From contig OZ024742.1 of the NCBI GenBank assembly GCA_964016885.1, positions 258,664,001-258,728,000 on the forward strand: 64,000 nucleotides of DNA, read 5' to 3'. The notes beneath the pieces were generated by a model. The model saw only the letters and a program-made list of their open reading frames with translations. It made no database searches and had not been told where the DNA came from. Below, one piece after another: positions 1 through 12,682 of this stretch (positions are counted from its first letter, which is position 1; each line of letters starts with the position of its first letter). Source of the stretch: Eledone cirrhosa. Taxonomy: Eukaryota. The position numbers and the translations under genes are program-made.

Positions 1-761
1 ACATATATATATAGAGTCTATATTAATTTTAACAATAGTATTCTTGTCTTTACTCTACATGATTATCGATCAAGCAGAAATAGAGAACAGATTTCAATAT
101 ATTAATAAAAATATCAGAAACAAAAATAAATAAACAGAAAACTAAAAATATTAAATATTAAAAATAAAAATATTAAAAATATTTAAAAATATTAAAAAAT
201 AATTAAAAAATAATAAAAATAAAACATAGTATGCCACGCAAATCGACCACAAAGATCAACCCTTCAAAGTTAATTGACAATATATTGCCAAGTTCATTAT
301 AAGCATCAGAGTCAAAAACAGATAAAACCAAAAATTATTTACCAAATCCTGTCTAGCAGAAATCATTCCAAAAGTTTAGGATATCCATTTGGTCTACATA
401 TGTTCTTATATTTAATATAGAAGTTTATCTAGTGTAAAATTTATTCGATATATTTGGAGCATCAGCTTTTAGGGTAGTTTAATTATTCATGAAGAATGTT
501 TAAAATAAAAAGAAGAAATCGAAAGATTTATCGGCTAGTTTCATAAATAATTACAAATCAAACTAAATATACTACATTTTAAATTTAAATTTATATTTAA
601 AAGTTGAGTTCAATCTATGTCTGCAGCAACTGAATAAACTTGTCCGTAGATTAAGGGAATTTTTAGATTTTAGTATAAAGAATATCTCCTCCGCGCAGAG
701 GTCACATGTCTCAGAGGATGAATTAAAAGGAATCTATTTATTTATAAGACTGTCTATATTG

Positions 762-827
762 TATTTTGTCTGAAGAAGGCATAACATATTGTTAATATGA
801 TATCCCTGAAATATATATAGTGAAATA
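762..827 (+). ncRNA. Type I hammerhead ribozyme motif in a PLE pLTR-like remnant
   Basis: tattttgt-CTGAAGA-agg...catatt-gtt-aatatg...cct-GAAA-tatata-TA-gtgaaata. The core is intact, stem III is palindromic, and stem I has three G-U pairs. Confidence 0.75.
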
Positions 828-956
828 GATATGGTTTTATAAATATAATTTCCATTTATTTAATTATCGTAAATATACTCCAAATACTTGTTGAGTGCCT
901 TTATATCAGTTATAAATATTTACTCGTTGTAACCCAACAATTTAAATATAACTTTC

Positions 957-991
<35 letters not shown>

Positions 992-1911
992 GTGTGTGTG
1001 TTTGTACGTGTGTGTATATGTAATTTTATATACTGACATTCTATTTGCATTCCCTTTAAAGTTGTAGTACTGTTCACAATTTAAGGCAGTCATAGGCCAA
1101 TTGTGGCCCGGTGCTTTCTGAAAGGCCCACTTAATTTCAAAATTGACTTTTTTTAGTCGAATGACCGGTGTTATGATGAGCCACATTCTATGCAGCCAAA
1201 AGGCTTGCAATTATATTGGTCTGAGAATTCAATCAAATATAACTCTTTATATGCTTCATTTCGTCACTTTGGAATGTTGATATCGATCAGAATTGAACGG
1301 CAAACGTAAAGGGCGAAATCGGAATACCACAATTCATTTGCCTGATTCATTAAAGGACCCGCAAATAACACGCCAGATGGAAAGGAAATGCTTCAATTTC
1401 AACGATGCAAGTTATTGTTGTTCGATCAATAGAAAGGCCTGTTCATGATATCAATGTATATATGGCTGAGTATTCGATAGTCATGTACACCGTTCATGTA
1501 ATTCCCAGGGAGTGTTGATGAGACATTGTATCACGCAACTGGAGCTTTGAACTTCAGTTAGAGTCCGCCGTATGAGCTTTCAAACAGCTTCCCCTCCTTA
1601 AATTCAAACACGGGATATAGGTAGAATTAAGGCGTTTTTACTAGTGCTAGAAGCCACACAATGATATTGTCTCCCGGGGACTAAGGATTGAGAATCTAAT
1701 TTCTTATCCATTCATCCGTGCTGCGGTCACAAATTACTCAACAGTGATTCAAAAATACTCTTGCCTAGACTTCTCATTTTAAATACTTTTCTTGTAGGAC
1801 TATATAATGAAAGAATAAAGCTATTATTTCGATGTATAGACTGTACGTCACAGTGTGCATGTTTCAAATGCTTTCAAGTCAATATAATAACGATGTCAAC
1901 CATTCCTATAT

Positions 1912-2028
<117 letters not shown>

Positions 2029-2894
2029 CGAGGTGTCCCAGAAAGGTTCCAGGAGTGATGTCACAAAAGATATATTTCAAACCTAAACTGCACACTAAGA
2101 GTTTTTTCCTTCAAAGTAATCCCACTGGAGTCTAATGCACTTGTCCATCCTTTTTTGGCACGCGTGCATGGAAGGATTCTTCCGCAGTTCCGTCGTCACG
2201 GAATTTTACATGTCGTCCACGTCTTCAAAACGGGTCCCCTCAGGGTCGTACTCGAAGATCCATGACTCATCACCGGTGATGACTGTCCCTAGCAAGTCTG
2301 GTTCGGTGTCAAGACGCTCGAGGATGTTCTGGCACACTTGCATGCGTCAACCCTTCTGGTCATCGTTCAGCAGTTTTGGACCCATCTTCGCGCAGACTTT
2401 CCGCATGTCCAAATCCTCAGTGAGAATCTTCCAGACGTTGTCTCGATTCATGCCCAGCTCATTTGCCATCAGTCGAACAGCCAGCCGACGATCGCTACGC
2501 ACCATCTGCCTGACGCGCTCAATGTTGACCTCAGTCCTGGTTGTTGAGGGCCTTCCACTCCTAGGGTCATCTTGCACCACTCAAAACCACGTGAGTGTGC
2601 CATCATCTCATCTCCATACACTTGCTGCAGCAATCCCAGTGCTTCTGACGGACTTTTCCCCAACCGTACCAGAAACTTCAAGTTTGTTCGTTGCTCTGTG
2701 GTCATTGCTCGACGACCTGAAACAGAAGACATGTATATAAAATTATGAAGAAAAAAGTTTGATCACTGCAGAGAGCTAAGATTACAGTTACATACTCCAG
2801 GGGGATTACTTTGAAGGAGAAAACTCTTAGTGTGAAGTTTGGGTTTGAACTAAATCTTTTGTGACATCAGTCCTGAACCTTTCTGACACACCTC

Positions 2895-2895
<1 letters not shown>
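2029..2895 (-). mobile_element. Internally deleted mariner (Tc1/mariner) DNA transposon with ~105-bp inverted termini
   Basis: TA-CGAGGTGT...ACACCTCG-TA ends. Minus-strand transposase fragments EQRTNLKFLVRLGKS, DDPRSGRPST, KVCAKMGPKLL and ITGDESWIFEYDPE are joined directly to the C-terminal GTRFEDV...DYFEG. Frameshifts and stops are present. Confidence 0.92.
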
Positions 2896-2929
<34 letters not shown>

Positions 2930-2933
<4 letters not shown>

Positions 2934-3551
2934 CATGTTAAAATATCCCCCACACACGTACAGACACATTTCTACTGACCGATCCCTCTACCACGAATTA
3001 CTCTGCTACACACACACACACACACACATTTGTCTTAATAGGCATTTGAACTGTTGACCTGTCAGCAGGCCGCGGTTCGCACACATATCCCTACTGACCA
3101 TTATCACAACAACAAACCTCTTTACTACTACTACACACACACACATATTTGTCTGAAAAGACTTATTTTTCAGTGACTTCTCAATCAGCCGAGACAAACC
3201 TACATTTGGCGCAAAATCAATTTTTAACATTCACATGACCTTTACCGACCAATCAAAATTGTTTTGACCACAAGAACTTTTGTAACACGAATTGGCGCGA
3301 AACTTATTTTAATACATCTGGAGCCACTTTTTTCACATAAAACAGGTAGAATTTCCAAAACTAATCAGATTAGAGCAAACATCACGGGCGCTCTATCTCA
3401 AAATTATTTTTGAAAAGCATTAGAAATGCGCAAACGGTAAAAATTTAAAACCAAAACTGAATACTAACCAATACTATTACTAATTTTTACTTATCCCTAA
3501 TTAAACTATTTTTCACTGAGAACAATTTGTCAGCATTTTCTTTTCCTTTTA

Positions 3552-3553
<2 letters not shown>
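2930..3553 (+). mobile_element. Solo PLE pLTR remnant related to the 38.7-45.6 kb family
   Basis: CCAAT boxes, GAGCCACTTTTTTC-ACATAAAA at 3321-3342 and a degenerate HHR at 3406-3444 (TTGAAAA-gcat-tagaa-atgc-GCAA-acgg-TA). Flanked by (TA)n. Confidence 0.65.
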
Positions 3554-3626
<73 letters not shown>

Positions 3627-3730
3627 AGAAATTTCGTATTTCGAAAGAAATACGATTTTAGGAAGCCGTAGCTATGCGAACACCGGGGGACTAACGCCCC
3701 CTGGTGTTGTCCAGCAGGAGAAAGGGGATA

Positions 3731-3774
3731 ACCGTCTATGCATTTCAGGCTTGACTGGCCATCGTCAGGACGAT
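3731..3774 (-). ncRNA. Minimal type I hammerhead ribozyme
   Basis: Minus strand: atcgtc-CTGACGA-tggc-cagtcaa-gcct-GAAA-tgca-TA-gacggt. Canonical core with palindromic stem III. Confidence 0.9.
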
Positions 3775-4542
3775 CCCTCCCACTGCACTGCGACTGCTGG
3801 ACTTGTAAACAGCCGACAATATATAGTTTTCTCGTCTGTTTAAATGAGGTAATTAGTCTCATTTGCATATGAAGCTGCATAAGTTGGCTCAACTTATAAT
3901 AGAAAAGAAATAGAATTTCGCTTCAAGCATAGCTTTATACAATATGTATAGACTTCTTATGTATGTGTTTATGTCTAATTCTATTGAACTGAATTATGTA
4001 TCAGAAGCAGGCTGGAATAAAATATAAAGTCTGGATCATCTACATATTTTCTTCACACATGACACGTGTTTAGTTATCGTGCAACTCAAGAGATGATCGA
4101 TCACGATCGAGCCCAACTCTGCAATGGATAGCTTATCAGATATGTGGGCTTTTATTCATAAATGATTAGATCAAATTGAGGATGAAATGGCTCGGTCATC
4201 CTTTTTGTATATGTAGGATAGCCTGACATTTTATCCCCCATTACGATGGAAGAATCTTCATCAATCATACCTTCAGCTGATTGTTAACGAAACACGTGTC
4301 TTCTTTCGGTAATATTTGTATATGATGCAATCTTGGTAATCATTTCCAGTCTTATTATTATTAACACTCTGTCACAGCGGGTAATTACAGAAGGTGATAT
4401 TGGTGTGAAATTTCAACACGATAATTAGACACCTGTGAAAGCATCGAGTGGCCAAGCAGGTGCGCTATTTGTAAATAACGTTATAGACCTAACACTATAC
4501 ACACACACACACATATATATATAAATATCTATATATATATAT

Positions 4543-4628
<86 letters not shown>

Positions 4629-4630
<2 letters not shown>

Positions 4631-4810
4631 TTTCTTATATAGTCACAAGGCCAGTGATTTTGGGGGAGTGGAAAGTCGATTAAATCGACCCCAGTGCGTG
4701 ACTGGTACTTTATTTTATCGGCCCCGTGAGGATGAAAGGCAAAGTTAACCTCGGCGGGATTTGAAATCAGATCACAAAGGGTCGGAACTCTTTGCTGCAG
4801 AGCATGGCGA
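4629..4810 (-). mobile_element. tRNA-derived SINE (octopus-type, Deu/Nin-like core)
   Basis: Shares ctggtactttattttatcg(a/g)ccccgt..gatgaaaggcaaagttaacctcggcgggatt with the copies at 9.0, 14.6, 33.8 and 37.7 kb. Confidence 0.8.
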
Positions 4811-5008
4811 TATACATATAGTAAGATAAATATATTGTATTGCTTGTTTTCCATGTAATAAAATATATCTTCACTCCTTAAATCATCGAATATAATGTTT
4901 ATAGCTGTGATGTACCGGGTAACATCTCAACTCCCTCGTCCTTCTATTTTTCTCACTCTATGTGAATACATACATATATAAACATATATATATATAACTA
5001 TATATATA

Positions 5009-5090
<82 letters not shown>

Positions 5091-5742
5091 TGTGTGTGTG
5101 TATGTGTGCGCGTGCGTGTGTGTATGTGTGTGTCCTTGCATATATGCATATATCTGTGCCCATGTAAGAGTGTGTGATTATTTGTGTAACTCTGTATTAT
5201 GTGTATACTTTAATATATGTAAAGGTAGGCTTACGTCAACTCTACTTAATATAATAATGTCGTGCATATATTTCTAAGAAATGGAATCCTTTTCTAACGG
5301 ATGCATGTAATGAATCTTATAATTTTAGTTTTGCAACTTCTTTCCATGTTCTCAAGAAACATAGCTGTCACATGCATGAAACTAGTGCGGCAGTATATTT
5401 AACAACTATAAAGTGTAGCAGTTATGTACATACAGTTTACATGAACGACTGCGTCTATGTTTTCTGTAAGGGATATTGATTTTAGTTTCCAGGTTTAACC
5501 TCTGTTTCTATTAGCTAACAATGCTGTTGTGAAATAGATATCCTATCATTTGGGGATTGTGAGCAGCATAGCGAGATTTTACAGGTAGCAACATAACATT
5601 CCTCTTGTGAATTTAGATATTTTACCCATTCAAGTACATAATAGAAGCGACATATTTGAATGTTTTCTTTCACACAAAACACACACAGGCATGCACACAT
5701 ACACTGACACACACATGCACATACACACACACACACCCACAA

Positions 5743-5867
<125 letters not shown>

Positions 5868-6745
5868 ATTGTTTATTATACTAACGTGAGAGATAACACT
5901 AAATCTATTTGACACTTTGTTTCTATGTAGTTAACTGTATCCAAGTCCCAGAAAACACGGTAAAGATAAATATAAATGTATTTAGGAACTTCACTTATAT
6001 CCTATAAGATTTATTAATGCCTGGAATATGATAACTCATGCGGCGTCTTTAGAACGGCGTCGAATTAACTACATCTGTAACTGTTCTGTTTCATTGCAAC
6101 GATCTCAACTCAGATATGTCGATGTCAACTTAAACTTCCATTCGTTTTCCGGTCGATAAATAAAATCACAGTTCAGGGGTAGTGGCATGTGACAATTCGT
6201 AAAGAGGCGCTCAGAATGTTTTAAGTTATCTCAACCAGCTGAGCGTCGTGAGTACAAATCCTGAGTATCTCAACTTTGCATATCATTTATTTGGATTATT
6301 GAAATTCTTAAAGATGTGAACATGAAAGTTTACGTTATCTGATACGGCTCTGTGCATTATGAGTTCAAATCCCGTTTCACGTTTCAGAATTTGCGACTAT
6401 TAACAGTAGAAATAAAGAAGGAAGACTTGTTTCCCTGATCCGATTTGAGATTTGTTTGATTTTATACTTTTCTCCTTGCAGTTATGAAACTGATACCACA
6501 TCTGTTCAAGTTAAGTCAATTACATATAGTGTAAATTCAAACACGTCTTTTAAAAGCTTACCCATACACTCCCAAACAACAACAGTCTGCACCAATTAAT
6601 TTTACAGGAGCAATGGACGCCATCAGACTTTAGATAATACGTGGTTTCTGGTATATATATGTGTTTGTGCGTTTCTGCATATATATATATATATGGTTGT
6701 ATATACACAGACACAAACACACACACACACACATATATATACACA

Positions 6746-6897
<152 letters not shown>

Positions 6898-7559
6898 TAT
6901 ATAGAGTGTATCAGAATATTATTGGCACGATGAAAAGTCCTACCAAATGAGATAATTAAAGTCTTTAGTAATCATTTCTGAAAAATTCTCGACATATTTA
7001 TGAAGTTATTTAGAGTTGGCTTTCTCATGCTAGTCCAAGGGGAAATAAATTACTACTAGTTTAACAATTCAATTCATGCATTAGTTTGTGCATGTGTGTG
7101 TGCGCATATTTGTGGGAGTGGGGATGTACGTTTGCTGGACCTCCATCAATTCCGACCACGAATGTTCAAGTTATTCAGCTCACCGGAAGAATCATGCTCG
7201 TGAAAGAACGTGCAATTGGCTGAGCATTCTTCGGAAACTAAGACAATTTATTTAATTCCTCAGATAGGAAAATGTGAAGAGGTATTTGAGAAATGGGGTT
7301 TTTGAATTACTGATTAAACTAATGTTTCTTAGTTGAGTGGATTAAAGTAACAAGAAAAGAAGTGCCCTCATCAATGACACGGTAACGACCTCCATATCGC
7401 GAGCAAAACAACATAATCTCTATGTCGCTCAACTTACCAATTTATATATCGATCAAAATACACAGGTATTGGGCAAAATGTCTCCCTTTCTTCGCGGAAA
7501 GAGATTTTTTTTCTTTCCGAAGATGGACTGCATTTTATCCTACAAGTTTTAGATTTAAC

Positions 7560-7613
7560 AAGAAGAAGAAGAAGAAGAAGAAGAAGAAGAAGAAGAAGAA
7601 GAAGAAGAAGAAG
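7560..7613. repeat. (AAG)n microsatellite
   Basis: Directly visible. Confidence 0.95.
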
Positions 7614-8954
7614 CGCTACATATATGCAAATTAGTACGCCCATTTCATATAATACTAAATGCGAATGTATATACCCATATATATACCCATATATATACCC
7701 ATCAAATACATACTATTTTGTTGTTGATAAGACCATCTACACGCCTCCTACATTAGACACGAAATTAGATTAAATGTGTTTATCATTTTTTAATTTACAG
7801 GGAAATTCGTATTTTCTGTCATATTTAGACGCCTACATATTAGATATATCTATATAATTATACACGTTGGTGCAGTCTTGGTTAGATACTCTGTATTTAT
7901 ACAATTTACTGAGAGGATAGAAACCATTACATGTGTAACTTGATAGCTTTGACAGTTTTCGGCAAGTATTGGACCAAGCATATCCAACTTAACATCACCA
8001 CCTGGTGACGCCTAACTGATCATGATTCTTACCTCACTCATATTTTGGAAACCATAGGCCACTCCAGTTAAAAGATATTGTTTCTGGAAACATATCCTGT
8101 ATAGGGTTTTTCGGGGGTATCCAGGATTTCTGGGAGCAAATTTAGAGGAGTTTTTTTTAATTTCATGGGATCCGTCTCTGTTATTATATATACCGTATTA
8201 TATTAAAAGGAGAACAGGAGATATCTAGGAGAAATAATTATCTCACAATATCGTTATCGGATATAAGGTAGATGTTTGGAGTGGGCGGATTGCACGAAGA
8301 AAAAGCATTTGTGGATTTTAATGTTGATAAGATCATTTGGACAAATTTGATAAAATATTTTTCACATCATACAAAGGTTATACAGTCAAGGCGGCCCTGG
8401 AAAAAGTAGAGTGTGAATTTTGTCAGTCGAACTCAAGGAGTAAGGCATGTTATGCAATGCATCTTTACTTGTAATTGAACTCTAGGTTGCTTCAATTTTC
8501 ATAATAATTTCTTTAGTGGTTGGGGACTACAGTGGACAAAAGTGTTGAAGGTGAGCCGTGGAAAGAAGACATATATGATTATAATGTGAATATCTCCCGA
8601 TCGATATGTTCTGAGAATCCAGGAACGCACACCGCGGCCATACTAACTTTCTTATTTATGGGAGTATGCCAGCTTACCTTGTTATCAATCGTTTCCCCAA
8701 GATCTTTCTAAAGAGTATTTGGTAACTTAAATGCATGTTCTTATCCGAATTGGTCTAACTCAGATTTATTCTCGCTTATCAGAATATTGTTTATTTTATT
8801 ATTATTATCGATCATTGAATTACAGTAGGCGAATGCGACATAAAACATGTCCTGTCTCCCATTCATTTGATATCCTTCAGTAACTTGCCACTTTCTTCAA
8901 CATTCATACATTTATCTGCTAGATAAGTTCTATAATGTCATTGACGTAAATAAT

Positions 8955-9142
8955 TGTTTCTACATTTGGCACAAGGCCAGCAATTACCCAGCGTATTACT
9001 GGAACTTTATTTTATCGACCCCGTAAAGATGAAAAGTAAAGTTAACCTCGGCGGGATTCGAACTCAAAATGGCAAGGGCCATAACTCCATGCGTCAAAGC
9101 ATGGCGTCCGACCCTCTACCGATACTACCAATCCACCGCCAC
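8955..9142 (-). mobile_element. tRNA-derived SINE with 16-bp target-site duplication
   Basis: Minus strand has an A-box-like ggattggtagtatcgg and B box GAGTTCGAATCC. TSD cattga(c/t)gtaaataat at 8939-8954 and 9143-9158. Confidence 0.88.
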
Positions 9143-9668
9143 CATTGATGTAAATAATGAAGAGAGGTATGCTCAACACAATGACCTTTCTTCAACTTGA
9201 TCGTATTTCTTCGATCTCACTTCACTACTGGATAGAGGTATATAGCCGCCGGCATATCACAATGATTTCATAAATGCACCTATGATTGCGTAAGAATCTG
9301 CGAAAGTGACATGAATAACCATGGAACAGAAATAAATATCATACAAGAAGCAATTATGGTAAATAAATCCCGTCTTAACTACCATTATTTGATAAATGAA
9401 ATCTCCATCACTCATAATCACCTACCTGGGACAATCAACTGACGTGAAGTACTTTGGTTCCCTAGAAGTTACAGAGTAAAAAATAAGATAAAAAACACAC
9501 TTCTGCAAATATATATATATATAAGTTGACGGGACTAGCATGTGTTTCCCTGCTAGTACCGGTTGCATCTCAGCCTACTCTATAGGTAATGTTATGTGAT
9601 ATCCAAGAGTAGACACATAGGTATTTGCTTCTATACATCATACTTAAATGGGTACCCCCAAACTATAC

Positions 9669-9765
9669 CCGTACATAAGTTTCGGCCACACCTAATGCAG
9701 CAATATACACCCTCTGCATTTATTATGCAACAATGCGCAATCAGCGCATGTGGCTTTATCAGCGG
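9669..9765 (-). ncRNA. Hammerhead motif with branched stem II and a G8A core change, in a PLE-like insert ending at (TA)n near 9522
   Basis: Minus strand: ccg-CTGATAA-agccaca-[tgcgc-tgatt-gcgca; aatgcag...ctgcatt]-tgtggcc-GAAA-cttatg-TA-cgg. Confidence 0.72.
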
Positions 9766-10220
9766 CTTTCGCCTAATTAATGACCAATCAATCGACAGAA
9801 TTCGATTCTAGTCCGTGTGAACTATGACAGTGAATGTAACCATCAACACAGAAGTACGTTAGCAACTGAAATCCTTACGTGTCAAAACATTGCAGTCAAC
9901 CGATTGGTTACATGTTCAGAAATGTATGTGATGGTAGTAGACGAAATTGAAATAGTTCCGCTCCCGCCATGAGCACCTAGCCAACATATATCAAACACAG
10001 ATTAACAAGTGAGTGAAAAAATCGGTTATTAGAAAAAATACGTCTGCAATCGCTGTACAATAAATAGAATAGTAGTATTCGGCTCCAGTCTCCAAGTACA
10101 ATGGGGAAAAATAGTGCGACAATGGTAGTGCCTAAAGCATTCACATTGACATGCCAACACGCGATTATACAGTGATATATAATTAGTGCGACCTGTCTCT
10201 CTTTCTCTCTCTCTCTCTCG

Positions 10221-10252
<32 letters not shown>

Positions 10253-10393
10253 CGAATGTAGAAAAGTAACACACGAGTTGATATATATATATATTATATA
10301 TATATATTATATACACAGATAAATCCACCAATTAATGGTAGGGTCCAAGCCGTATGAAGAACTCAATGTAGTCAGTATGTAGAATATGTCGTG

Positions 10394-10527
10394 ATTATTT
10401 CTGAAGACGGCGGGTATGGAAGACGTATGTATATTTTCTTGCTTTTATAATTTGTAATATATTTTACATAGATCACTAATAGAATGAACATACGGAGAAC
10501 TAACCCCAGAAACGATCGTAAAATAAT
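10394..10527 (+). ncRNA. Hammerhead motif with a ~100-nt stem II domain
   Basis: attattt-CTGAAGA-[101 nt including gggt/accc and cgtatgt/acatacg pairings]-GAAA-cgatcg-TA-aaataat. Perfect 7-bp stem I. Confidence 0.78.
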
Positions 10528-10598
10528 GAGTTTTACTATGAATTACCCGTATTTTATTTCATTTCATTGTTTTCACTATTTGCATTATATATATATAG

Positions 10599-12565
10599 TA
10601 ATAATAATCAATTTGAAGAGTAGAATACAAAGAGGCCTCCATAACGATAAATATATATCAAATATATAAGAACCGTAGAGCAAATATTTATTAAAATAAC
10701 AGATTAAAGTTTAAGAAAATAATCGATGTTTTCACCCTTAACGGGATCTCCTGTAACTGAAAAAATCAATCTCTGAATGCAGAAGTAAATATTTCGAAAA
10801 ACTTTGCAATCGAAGGAAGAGAGGAAGACGATACTTTGGTTCGTGGAAACGTTTTCTGGCAAAGAACGAAAAAGAAACGAAGATAATACGTCATTATTTG
10901 GAACGGTTAAAACAATTACACGCAAAGACAAAACCACGTTCATGGTATAAATGAAGTCGTAGACTAATATTCTATTAAGTCGTTCGTGGAGACGTTCCGT
11001 GGCAATGAACGAAAAAAACGTAGATAATACGTCATTATGTGGATCTTGAGAACAATTACACGGAAAGACAAAACCACGTTTATGGTATAACTGAAGTCGT
11101 AGACTAAAATTCTATTTAGGAAACCAAATGATTCTCGGCTTCAGAGTTAAGAATAATGTAAATAATTTACAGAGGTTATTGAAATCAACAATAATTAAAA
11201 ATATAGATTCACGCAGTCAGACACATGCATACGCGGAAACACCCGCATGGGCATGCAAATACCAGCACATACACAAGACAACGTACACATACAAAAACCC
11301 ACGCAACGCCTGTACCCGCACACATACGAATGTATACACCAAATACACATAAAACATATAAAAACTAAAAATATATATATATAAAATATATATACATATG
11401 TGTGTGTGTATGTGTGCGCGTATACATATAATTATATAAACGTATATAAATATACACATATTAATACGTATGTAACGCGCGCACACTCACACCCACATGT
11501 AAATACACATATGTTCGTTAAACGTACGTCAACACAAAACAAAGTATACATATAAACATACCCTACTTACCTATACAAATAAGTAATGGTATAAACATAA
11601 AATATACTTATCTACATCAAGACGTAAATCATCCGCGTATACTCCGTACTATCCGTTAGGGTATAAAGTGGGGCTGTAATACAGGAAAGTTTTGTGTAAT
11701 TTATGTTTACAAGCCGCAATTGCCTCAGATTGTTTTGTTTAAGATGAGGTCATTGGCGTAGAGTATTTCCGGGGCTTCAGCGGCGCTGAGGTCACATGGT
11801 CTTTTATTTCCGTTATACGATCTAGCCCTAGCTAGGATCTCACAGTGTAACCTATATTGGGTGTGGTTGTCTTTTAGACGCCACATATAAGCTGAAAGTG
11901 ACGTCATATTCCTTCTAAAGTATTAAGAAAAGAAGGGGTATGCATGTAAAGACGATGCTTGAATCTATTGGCGGTTAACCCTATGTAGGCCCTACGGGAC
12001 GTGGGTGTCTCAATCTTATATTTGTAGACAATGTTACTAGAGAGGCATTTCCCGGATAGGGGGCAGTCAACCCGATTTCTACAATTACAGTTAGTACTTG
12101 CTACAGGGGAGCACGTGTTCCTACGACTAGGTAATTCAGCTAAATTTGAATCAGTGATGTTATGTGCAAGGTTAGGAGTCGTAGAGTAAGAATTTGTAAT
12201 GGCATTTCTATTAAACATTTTATTATATTTGTGCTGGGGGGAAATGCTTCATAATAAGGGAGAGAAAGATCTTATCTAATGGTGTGCCCACCTCCATATT
12301 ATATGGTGGGTTATACCATATAATACGCCGGGATCTAATTTTCCTAGGTCTATGCTCATACTCGGTATATGCTAATTTATCGACAAGTCCACTCCAGGCA
12401 AGAGTTTTATTGTAATATGTGGAATGGTCGGTGAAAATATGTTCCTTTGTAGATAGATGGAAAAGCCTCAAAGAAAGGTTTCTTACCAGGTTCTTAGTTA
12501 TGATGGCAGGATGGTGAGAATGCTTGCTTATGTAATTAAGCGTATCATTCGGCTTTCTATACGCG
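10599..12565 (-). mobile_element. 5'-truncated, decayed Penelope-like element (same family as 58.4-61.3 kb)
   Basis: ORF pieces 12223-12594, 11904-12218 and 11725-11907 match the RT thumb and GIY-YIG of the 59-61 kb copy (CNCRNRVDCPLSGKC, IVYKY, AYIGLT). The pLTR carries a degenerate HHR at 10708-10758. Confidence 0.9.
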
Positions 12566-12595
12566 TATATAATTATATGTATACGCGCACACACA

Positions 12596-12680
<85 letters not shown>

Positions 12681-12682
<2 letters not shown>

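Noticed and set aside
7960-8770. Possible very old PLE RT remnant on the minus strand
   Set aside because: Only vague resemblance, with no motif I can read unambiguously.
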